Below, one piece after another: positions 1 through 10,218 of a stretch of 52,610 nt of DNA (its first letter is position 1; the number at the start of each line of letters is the position of its first letter). Position numbers and translations under genes: made by a program. A model generated the notes under the pieces. The model searched no databases and had not been told where the DNA came from. It was given only the letters and a program-made list of their open reading frames with translations. This DNA comes from Paraspadella gotoi (taxonomy: Eukaryota > Animalia > Chaetognatha): NCBI GenBank assembly GCA_051294375.1, contig CM119270.1, forward strand, positions 15,446,092-15,498,701, written 5' to 3'.

Positions 1-1047
1 TGCTACATCACAAGAATGGAAGCTACACTACATGACAAGTAGCATACTACTACCAATTTTAAGTTACTACACTACATTTATAAGTTACTACTCTACATTT
101 ACAAGTAGGATCTTTTTTCCTTATATACACTATGCTTCTACTACGGGACGAAATTTGGGTTTCGTAGAAAAAATATTTTTAAGAAGTAAACTCAATAAAA
201 GTAAATTATATAAACGCTAATAACTTTATAAACAAATTAATGAGTTTTTATGTTTTAGTTCTTTCTAGAAAATATATTTTAAAGTTTGATCAAATATTTA
301 TTTTTTCGTAGCGAAGTTTAAAACAAGATACTAAAATATGCAAATGAGATTCTCGCAGAGGACTGAAGACTCCGGATCGGATCAACGACTCGGGTAAAAT
401 CCGCCGGAACCAAAATGGAACAATTCTCATTGGTCGAGAAACAAATGGCACCGGCCAATGATCAGATGGGCTTAGAAGGAAATTTAGAGATATCTATGTA
501 TGTTTATAAATAATTTGTCCTTCATAAAAATTATTATTTTAAAAGAAAGTATTATCCAACAACAAACTAATTTCAATCTGAAGCAAGGCCTGAACAAGTA
601 AAATAATGAGATAGAGAGCAATAGAGTGAGCAAGGGAGAGAGAGAGAGAGTGACCCTTAATCTGAGTCACCTTGTCCTTTAAAGCCAAGAGCTCTGGCCA
701 GAGTCTGGCCGTCTGGTCGTAATACGCAAAATCTCCCCAAAGAATTAATAAAAAAAAAAGAAAATTCTAAGGATGAGCGCAGTTGCAAAATAGAGTCAGA
801 GACATCGGCTTGGGAGGTTTTTTGTTGTGAACTTTTACTAGAGAAGGAGTGAGAGAGAGAGAGAGAGAGAAAGAGAGAATTTTTTTAAACTCCCCATGGG
901 AGAAAACCGCATTAAAAAACCGGCAATGGCGAGAGAGAGAGAGAGAGAGAGAGTAGGAGGGGAGTGAAAAAGGGTGAAGCAGAGGGAAAAAATGGGTAGA
1001 ATAATTTCTCTTTTTTTTTCTGTCCCACACTAAAAAAGGGAGAAAAA

Positions 1048-1082
<35 letters not shown>

Positions 1083-1271
1083 AGTGAAAGCATTTCTTTC
1101 CCTTGATTGGCCACGACGCCGCTTAAACCGGCGCTAAAAACCGGACAACGGAACGTAAAATAAGAATTATGCGACGCCGCGACCGATGTGACCGCCGTTT
1201 GTCGCTACAGCGCGCCGGAGTCTCTCTCTTCTCTCTCTCTCTCTCTTCTCTCTCTCTCCTCTTCTCCTCCT

Positions 1272-1306
<35 letters not shown>

Positions 1307-1457
1307 CTCTCTCCTCGCCGGCCGCGCCTCGACGCGAGCGAGCGCCGTTTCGATCGTAAACCTTTTTACGACGGAGGAACTAATACTGGCGATTTGCATT
1401 CATTCCGAATTCCAATGAAAACTTATAAAAAAATTAAAGGAGGGAGAGAGAGGAGAG

Positions 1458-1528
<71 letters not shown>

Positions 1529-1796
1529 AGAGAGAGAGAGAGGCGACAACTAAGGAAAGAGAAAGAAATAACATTCAGTATATTGTGTTTAATTTCTGAA
1601 ATTTAAAAATAAAACTCTTACACAATTTATTTACAAACTTGAAACTTTCCAATTAGGCCCAGTAACCGAATAGAAATGACGCGATCAGACAAAACAAACC
1701 AAATACAAAGACGACGAGGACGACGACGACGACGACGACAACGATGACAACGACGATGACCTGACCGCCACGAGAAAGACGAAGACGAAAAAGTGA

Positions 1797-1838
<42 letters not shown>

Positions 1839-1844
1839 AGAGAG

Positions 1845-2115
1845 AGAAATTTCAAATCTCTCTCCGCCGCATACATGCGCAAACATACCATGGCGTGAGA
1901 GATGATTTGTTCAAAAAAAAAGAGGGGGGAAGACAGAGCTGGACAGAGAGGGGGAGCAAGAGAGAGAGAGAGAATTTCAAATCTAGACACGCCGCCGTCC
2001 AATGGCGTGAGAGAGATTTTCCTATTGGTTTGAATTCACCATCGCCCTGAGCTAATTGGCTCACAAAGTTTATCGTTTTTTAATGATGTCAGATATTAAC
2101 GTCCTTATTGGTGCA
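1845..2115. promoter_or_regulatory. Candidate promoter: CCAAT-box cluster with CHR-like TTTGAA/TTCAAA elements
   Basis: CCAAT at 1999 and ATTGG at 2024, 2055 and 2107. TTTCAAA at 1850 and 1975, TTTGAA at 2029. The module ATTTCAAATCT...ATGGCGTGAGAGA is present twice. Motif inspection only. Confidence 0.25.
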
Positions 2116-3009
2116 AATCCTGACCTTTTTTGCGAAAAAAATATATAAGAAGAGAAACTAGAAACAAAGAATTCATATCGCTTTATTGCGTAAAGCAACC
2201 GAAACAAAAAGGGGATATAAACAACATTTTTATTTTTTAACCAAAACTTTTCGCGCCTAAATTCTACATTTTATTTTTCCGTCGAAAGTTTCTACAACAT
2301 TTATAGTTCAACTGCACCCACCGACTATACAAAGAACGTACGACGATACAAAACTAAGTGTACCGTCAAGACGACGATCGACGAACGACGACCGCGACGA
2401 CGACGACAGACGAGCGGACGACGACGACGACGACCAGACGACGACGAGACGACGACGAACTTATCAATGAAACTAATGACAATTTAATTCTCTAGGACCA
2501 CACGGCGAAAAAAAGAAAGAAATAGAAACAAAAAAAGAAGAACGAAAAAAAAAGACAACTCGGAGACAATGACTAAAGATTCTGAACGGTGAAATTATTT
2601 CGCAATAAAGATACAACGTTTTCACTTATGGCGTCTTATTTCCCTGATATCGTCTTTATTCTCGACGCCCTTTGTTACGGTCGTTGGAACAGGGTGATCA
2701 CCCCGATAACAGATCCGATTCCCCCCCCCTCATTTAAAAAAAAAAAAAACAGCGAATAAAATTGAAAAGTGGAAAAACGGGTTTTTATCTCAACGAGTCA
2801 ATACCAATTTTTTTGGCCTGATTTTTCAGTTCGACGTTCGTTATAACACCTTGTTTTGGGCGTCTTTAGGTTAGAAAACAAATTATCGTCGCGAGTCTAT
2901 TCTTTCTCTCTCTCTCTCTCTCATCTCCATCTCTCTCTCTGACCTCGTCTCTCTCTCTTCTCTCTCATTGCTCTCTCTCCCTCTCTCTTTGTTAGGTCAT
3001 TGTCGTATA

Positions 3010-3154
3010 GTTCGCTCTTAATCCTTTTATAAAAAGTGTTTAAAAACATAATCAAAACATATCAATACAATTATAACAAACAGTAATGTTTATAAACAGA
3101 TTATTATTGTTTATATTTTAAACACTTTTACAAATAGGAAGTTAAGAGACGAAC
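3010..3154. mobile_element. Foldback / MITE-like element with imperfect ~35-40 bp inverted arms
   Basis: The left arm GTTCGCTCTTAATCCTTTTATAAAAAGTGTTTAAAA closely matches the reverse complement of the right arm TTTTAAACACTTTTACAAATAGGAAGTTAAGAGACGAAC. Confidence 0.45.
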
Positions 3155-3395
3155 AACAACGAGAGTTTATGTCCTACATTCTCTCTCTCTCATGTGGGTT
3201 GGTCGCAATCGACCGAGCGCTGGGTGACCAAAAGGCTTCCCACTCTTTCCGCTCCTTACTCTCTTACGCGGTCGAAGGTCGGAGGTTCATCCTGCGTCGC
3301 GTGACTCTCGAAAAATGAGCAGATCCTCTTCCTTTCTCTTACCGACGGGCGATTGTCTGTCGGGTCTCGGTTGCAAAGATCGCGAAAATAACGCT

Positions 3396-3617
3396 TTGAC
3401 TATTTTTTTCTCTCTCTCTCTAAGTTTTTGCTTTCTATTTTTATTATTTTCTCGAGTTTTTTTAAATGTTACAATGTGTTACAATAATCACATCTAAAAT
3501 ACCGCCTCTGACTCTTTTTTCTCTCTCTCTTTAAGTTTTGTCTTTTCTATTTTTTTATTATTTTCTGCATGCTTTTTTAAATTGTTACAATTTTTTACAA
3601 TAATCACATCTAAAATA
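3396..3617. repeat. Two-copy ~115 bp direct tandem repeat
   Basis: TGACT..TTTTTCTCTCTCTC..AAGTTTT..TTCTATTTTTATTATTTTCT..TGTTACAAT..TTACAATAATCACATCTAAAAT occurs at ~3396-3500 and ~3509-3617. Confidence 0.85.
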
Positions 3618-4089
3618 AAAAAAACTTGAAAAATATTCATGAGTTAGGCTGAATTTTTTTTCATAAGTAATATATTTCGACGTCTTTCTTTTTTCTAATA
3701 TCTAATTTCTTACAATTATTTTTTCTGCTGGCAAGTAAATCCCATAGAAAAAATGAGTTAATGATTCGCATCTTGTAGAATGACTATTCAGAATAAACTA
3801 TTATTGTATTAACAGTTAAATAACTTATTTCGAGTTTTATTTTATGTTATAACTGTAGCAAGTGGTAAGTCTGTGAGAGACTCATTATTAAGGAACTTGT
3901 TTTTTTACTTTTAGCCCTCATATAAGCGAGCAGTGTGATCGTAAACTGCGGACGTTCTCTAAACACTGTCAGAATTCCCAGACCAAAAGGACAAAGTTAA
4001 ACTTGAACCAGACTGGACGCAACCAATAGTAATAGTGATAATAAAAAATTTAAAACATTTATGAAAAAAAATTCGAACACTTTATTGTT

Positions 4090-4244
4090 AATAATTTTAC
4101 TTTTGACGACCGGGGTTTTGGCGTTTTTTGGGAAAACTACCTAAATATTTATTTAACATTTTTTAAAAAATTAATTACCGAATTACCCTAACCATTAAAC
4201 TCTTCTATCCTAACTACTCCGGTCGTGGTAAAGTTAAAATTATT
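4090..4244. mobile_element. MITE-like element with ~25 bp terminal inverted repeats
   Basis: AATAATTTTACTTTTGACGACCGG (4090-4113) versus CCGGTCGTGGTAAAGTTAAAATTATT (4219-4244), whose reverse complement is AATAATTTTAACTTTACCACGACCGG. Contains an internal CCCTAACC. Confidence 0.5.
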
Positions 4245-4538
4245 GCCATTTTATTTTTTTTTTTATCCATGGTATTCCTTTCTTTTCTTGTTTGTATTTA
4301 AGATTTACAAAGAATTTTTTTGAATTTCTTTACAACGATTTTATTATTATTAAAATGTCAGACATGTTTCTGGCTCTGTGATTTTTATCAGCGCTTATTA
4401 ACAGTTCGTGAATAATGGGTGATAATTTGTTGAGTTAAAGATGAGAGAGAGAGAGAGAAGAAAAAGAGTTAAGTTTCCAACAAAGAACTTGAGACAGATT
4501 AGTGGTCAGTTGTTAGGGACAGATTTAGTATGCTGAAA

Positions 4539-4569
<31 letters not shown>

Positions 4570-4727
4570 AAAACAATTACATATTGAGGCAATGTACAAA
4601 CTAAGAAACTTTGATTTGTATGTCTAATAAACAAAATTGTAATAAATTAATTTTGCAATTTGAAAAATTGAAATGAATTAAATTGATAATATAAGAGTTT
4701 AATTCAGAGGGATAGATAAGTAATAGA

Positions 4728-4909
4728 TTTTAGAGAAATATAAGATGTAAGAGAAGGAGCTCAAAATGAAGCGATCAACCCCACTGTCCTCTCTAGCTTA
4801 TGATTGCTGCCAATGATCGGCACCATTCAGCCAGCCTTTCCTTTCATAAGACCTTGGGGAAGGGCCTGCCTCATTTTGAGCTCTTTTCTTACTCTATTAT
4901 ATTTCAAAA
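4728..4909. mobile_element. Foldback / MITE-like element
   Basis: GTAAGAGAAGGAGCTCAAAATGA (4747-4769) versus TCATTTTGAGCTCTTTTCTTAC (4871-4892). Pairing extends outward imperfectly (TTTTAGAGAAATATAA / TTATATTTCAAAA), and there is an inner CTTATGA/TCATAAG pair. Confidence 0.5.
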
Positions 4910-5312
4910 CATGTCTGGCATTTTAAATAATAATTAAAAAACCGTTCTGTAACAATTTCAAAATTCTTTTTTTGTAAATTTTTATTTTTAAAAGTTATTA
5001 ATTTCTATGCTTCATATATTTTTCCGTATTGACATTGACTGATTTTTTTCAGAGAAATGATAAATTTCTCCCGAAATTCGAGAGAAGACCCCGCGAAAGA
5101 GGAGCCGAAGAAGGAGATGAGTTGTGAGAAAGAGAAGGGTAAGAGAATCCTCTTCTCTTCTGCGACGAAGACGAGCGAATCAGGATGCGGACTTACTTCC
5201 GCCCGCCGATGGAAAGTCGCGGGCTGAGTCGCTGGATGTACCAATCAGCGTCAGAGATAGTGGAGGGAAAAGTCAACCATATGCCTCCTCTCTCTCTCCT
5301 CTCTCTCTCTCT

Positions 5313-5358
<46 letters not shown>

Positions 5359-6508
5359 TCTCTCTTCTCTCTCGTCTCTCTCGTTACAAAGTCTTTCTTT
5401 TTTACTGTTTTTGGCGTACCAGTTTTGGCAAATGAATTGTTTTTATTCTCTCAGCTGAGACGATCAATTTTTCGCGCGCGTCGATTCGAACTCGATAACA
5501 AATCATGTGCACCGAAAAAGTGCGCAGTAGTATTAGAGAGACTTGTCCCGACTCGTTTAGGGAAATGATAAAAGGTGATATGATGTAAGCAAAAAGTATA
5601 TTCATGCTTATTTTTTGTCTCCTATAAATCTCGTTTATATTTATTGCTATATTGTTTTATACGGATAAAATAATTTCTCTAGTTTTCTTTACAGCCCTGA
5701 AAAAAAATTCAAAAGCATAAAATTTGCTATATATGTTATACATGCGTAATAAAAGCTATATATGATTGAAACGCTATATAATAGTACATATGCTAACTTA
5801 GGTATAATTATTACATTTCTTCCCCCTATTCCTCATCTTCTCCATTCCTTTACTTCTTCCTCACTCTCTTCCTTTTTTTCATCCAAATTCGCTGCCCAAT
5901 TCGCAACTTTCTTTTCTTTTTTTTTCTTTTTTGTTCTCGCGTGAATGTTCTCCTCATCCTCTTCCTCCTCCTCCTCCTCCTCCTCCTCCTCTTCCTTCGT
6001 CCCGGCCTCCTTTCGCCCTGGTCGACGCCGTCTTGCTCTTCTCTCTCCCCTTCGTCTATTCTTCGTTCTTCCTCTTCCTCTTCTTCAAAACCCCAGACCA
6101 AAAAAATTGATGAATCATGATTTCTCTATCTATCTCTCTCTCTCTTACCCTCGCTTCTTCTCTCACTCTAATTTTTTGATTATCGATGATGAAATCGCAC
6201 GCAGAATCACGACAAATTTGCTTTCCAATTTTTTTTTCTTTTTCTCTTTTTCAATTTGATTCGTTTTCGTTTTAATCCAGAATTCGATCTTTCGGAGGAA
6301 AAAAAATTGTCTGAAAAAAAAACAAAAAAAACAAGCGCGAAAAATTTTTACAAATTATATTTTGACTCGAAGTTGTACGAAAAAAAAACAAACAAACAAA
6401 AACTATACAAATAAAAAAACTTATTGCGAAACAGAAACATTTTCGAATTATCCTACTAGACTCTCTCAATCAATTGACCAATCTCCCTACCATCGCCCAC
6501 CCTCCACA

Positions 6509-7882
6509 ATGTCGTCCACCTCTCCTCCCTCTTCGTCCTCCGACACCGCCTCCGCCACCCCTTCCTCCACCACGCCTCCCGTCTCCTCCCCCTCTTCATC
6601 TCGCTCTCCCGTTTCCATGACAACGTCGTCCTCTCCCTTCTCCCTCGTCTCCTCCATCTCGTCCTCCTTCTCCTCTTCCCCCTCCCACCGACGAGACAGC
6701 GGCTACATGTCCCTCGCCAATTCTCCCGCGTCGCCAGAAGTCGAGAGCGTCAGTAGCAGCCGCTTTTCCTTCGACGTGGCGGCGGCGCAGCGACGGGGAA
6801 CGCAACTGCAGCATCGGCAGCAGCGTCAGTCGCGTCGATTGGCGCCGGAAACGCGCGGCGACGAAGAAAACCCGGAAAACGCGGAGGCGACGTCGCAGAG
6901 CAGCGCCGTCGCCGCGAATGACGACGACAACGACGACGACGTCGAATCCGAGGCTGAAACCGAAACCAAAGACGCGGCCACTTTGCACTCTGCCCCCCAA
7001 ACCTCTACACCTTTGGACTCTGCGCCCCAAACCTTAGCTCCTTTGCACTCTGCGCTTCAAATCTCACCCCCACCACTTCCACTCTCGTAACCCTACCCTC
7101 TTTCTCCCTCACCCCTCGCCCTCTTCCCTTCCTCTCCCCTTTTCCCTCCTTCCACTCCAACTCGCCACCGAAGAATCGAACTTACCTCTCTCCTCCCCCG
7201 ACTCTACCCTCTCCCTTCCTCCCCCACCCCTCCCTCATTTACGCGTCACCCCCACCCCACACCCCCTTTCACCGCCGCCCCAACCGCCGCTCCGCCTCCC
7301 GCCGTCGACGCCCGCCGCCCCTCGTCATCGTCTCTCTTCGAACCGTCGTCTCCTTTTCTCCGTCGTCATCGGCGGTTACGGCATCCGATGCCGAAAATAC
7401 CGCGGCCTTCGACCCTAAAATGCCTTCGAACGTCGAAGATGCCGCGACGATGACTGTTGACGATTTTTTCAACGAAAATTCGGCGTTGGGTGCGGCAGAA
7501 AATGCCGCAACTCACCCCGAAGAGCTTAACGACGTTGGCAGCGCCGAAGCGATTTCCCAAGATCAACTCCAACCGGCGTCAACCGAGCGCGCCGAAACTT
7601 CGGCGTCTTTTTTCCTCGGCGAATCTCCGGACGCCAACGACGCCGCTTCTTCGCAGGGCGCCACTTCCTCGGCGTCGCTACAACTGGAAGACGCGAACGG
7701 CGCCGTCCGAGACCGGCGCCTCAGGGAAGAAAGAACGCCGCTATCGGCGCCGCCTTTTTCGACCTTTTCCTTGCCGGCGTTTCGCTTTCCGGCACTGCTG
7801 CCGGCGCCGCTGCCTAGAATCCCGCCGCCGACGGATGAAGAATCGTTTTCGTTCTTTTCGCCGCCGGCAGAGCGACCGTCGG
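6509..7882 (+). CDS. Large exon of an unknown Ser/Pro/Ala/acidic low-complexity protein with a DSGYMS degron (one apparent frameshift near 7050-7330)
   Basis: acaATG at 6509 opens a frame to 7090. A second frame is open from 6922 to 8028. The island is GC-rich and non-microsatellite, carries an in-frame 30 bp repeat (LHSAPQTSTP/LDSAPQTLAP/LHSALQISPP), and has a candidate donor G|GTCAGT at 7882/7883 (phase 1) where the composition changes abruptly. No homolog recognised. Confidence 0.55.
6983..7072 (+). repeat. 3 x 30 bp frame-preserving tandem repeat
   Basis: TTGCACTCTGCCCCCCAAACC.. / TTGGACTCTGCGCCCCAAACC.. / TTGCACTCTGCGCTTCAAATC.. start at 6983, 7013 and 7043. Confidence 0.85.
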
Positions 7883-8081
7883 GTCAGTACGAGGATTGGT
7901 GGTTGGGTGGGATTGTAAGTGGGATGGTAGGTGGGATAGTGAGATGGCAAGTGGGATGGCAAGAAGTAGGGTGGGATTGTAGGTGGGATGGTGGTTTGTG
8001 GTGTGTTAGTGAAGGTGAGACTTTTTAGGTGAAAGGCCGAACGGGTCAGAGAGCGAACAGAAATGAATGGAGTGAAAATAC

Positions 8082-8170
8082 AGAAAGAAAGAAAGAGAGA
8101 AAGAAAGAAAGAAAGAAAGAACGAAAGAAAGAACGAAAGAAAAAAAGAAAGAAAGAAAGAAAGAAAGAAA
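8082..8170. repeat. (GAAA)n microsatellite
   Basis: Direct reading. Confidence 0.9.
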
Positions 8171-9459
8171 AAGAAAAAAGATAATCAATATGAAGAAATA
8201 TTAAATGGTAAAAGAGTTTAATGATAGAATAAAATATTAAATGGTCAAAGAGGTTAAGGATAGAATAAAAAGAAGCTTGATATTGAAGGTTAAAATGAAG
8301 TTTAAAAACGCCCATGGGTTATTGGCAATGACTCTCGAGATCTCTAATCTCTAATGATAAATTGAAAGACGAAACGAAGCTGAGAGAGCGCACGGGATGA
8401 GAGAAAGTGTTTGGAAAGATCGAGCGAGATATATAAACTGTTAAGACAAAAGTCGAGAGTGATTTGATTTGATTTGAATATGTTCTATTGCACCTGGAAT
8501 GTATTGACACTCCCTAAGGCGACATTAAATTCAACAGTTTGTCACAGAATGAGTTTTTAAGTCTACTACATTCATATTGATTATGAATGATTATGAGTGA
8601 ATGAAAGATAAAAAAAAATAAACTCCCTCACAAACTTAGTTTCTTTTTTTTTCGTTTGTATCTCTCGAGGTCACGTGACCTTGGTAAGGTCGCGGAGGCT
8701 CCTTCGAGGTGAAGTCGGGGTGAGGTCGGGGCGCGAATGCCCCCCTCTCTTGGTGAGGTCGGGGCCACGGAAGCCCCTTGGGGTAAGGTTAGGGTCGGGC
8801 GAACTTTCTTCGGTTCCTCCATTTTTTTTTCTGGCTCCGTCGGTCGCCCGCGGCGGAAAAAAGTCTGTCGCGTGAAAATTAATGGTCGGCTCGACTCTTT
8901 TCTAGTTTGTTTGTTTGTTTATATTTCTTGTTTCTCATTTGCTTTTTGTTTTTTCTTTTTCTAAATTGTTTTGGAGTTTCGTTCTTATTTTTAATTTTTA
9001 AAATATTCATCTTTGTCTTTTTCATTTTTTTTTCTCTGTCGTCCGTTTCACCGTCTCTTTCGCTTTTTCGATAATTTTTGTCTCCTAGTTTTGGTTTACT
9101 GTCATTCCTTTACTGACATTGATTTGAGTGCATATTGCGCTCATTAAATGGCTATAAAAATAGTTTTTAATACAGTGGCCCTCATAGTTTGGCGGTTGAC
9201 GAATAAAAAATAAAAAGAACCAGTTTCTTGTATGTTTTCGAAAACGTTTCTCTCTCGAAGACAAGTTTCGTTAAAGTTTCTTCTCAAAAGGTTTTTCCCC
9301 TTTATAATTATATTCCTTTTTTTTCAAACTTGTTTCATTTTCCCGCATTTTTTTTCTTTCGAAAATAAATTACAAAAAAAAAGGAGGGAAAATTCCGACG
9401 CGAATGAAAATTTAATCTAGAATTTTTCTTTCGACTTTTATCATCTTCGTTGCCTTTGA

Positions 9460-9652
9460 TTCGATCCGCCTCCAGCGGCTTCCGCTGCCGCCGCCGACAA
9501 CTCCCCGCCGGCTGTGTCACCGTCACGCGTCGCGCCGCAACCGCCGCCGGCCGCGAGCGCCGCCGCCGCCGCCGCCCGGCCGGCCGCCCGATTTGATCAA
9601 ACGTCCGATGACCTTTCGTTTACGAAGCTATTGATTAGAAAACGCCCCACCG
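9460..9652 (+). CDS. Candidate Ala/Pro-rich coding exon
   Basis: GC-rich island reading FDPPPAASAAAADNSPPAVSPSRVAPQPPPAASAAAAAARPAARFDQTSDDLSFTKLLIRKRPT. PPPAASAAAA occurs twice with different codons. Splice boundaries are weak and uncertain. Confidence 0.3.
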
Positions 9653-9679
9653 GTAGACCCGGCCGCTTCCACCTCACTA

Positions 9680-10186
9680 CCCTCACCCCCTCACCACTCC
9701 ACCATGTCTCTCGCTGATTCGTGTGTCTCTCAATCAAAGCACTTTCGCCGTAAAAACCGCGACTCACCGCTGATTAAAAAAAAAAATAGTTTTTTTCAGG
9801 AGGACGTTTTACAAGTTGAGGAAACGCCATTTTCTATGATCGCCGCCAGGTTTCAATGGTCGCGGATGCGGCGTTGCCATGGGTCCAATCTACTTCTCTC
9901 TCTCTCTCTCTCTCTATCTCTCTCGAGTCTCGTCTCTCCTTCTTCTCTCTCTCTCTCTCTTCTCATCTCCATCCTCTCTCTTATTCTCTCTCTCTTATTC
10001 GGTTTTCTTTCTTTTTTTTTCTTTTTTTTTTCTTTCTTTTTTCCTTATAATTGATAATATTTGTTTATTATGTTCCTCATGTTCTGTATTTCTTTCTTCG
10101 TTAATTGTTCTCTATTTATTTCTTTTTTCTTTTCTCTCTCTTTCTTTCTTTCTTTCTTTCTTCTTCGATTTCTTTCCTTTCTTTCT

Positions 10187-10218
<32 letters not shown>

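Noticed and set aside
3275-3295. GGAGGTTCATCC as a Pol III B-box (tRNA/SINE)
   Set aside because: No A-box at a suitable spacing and no cloverleaf.
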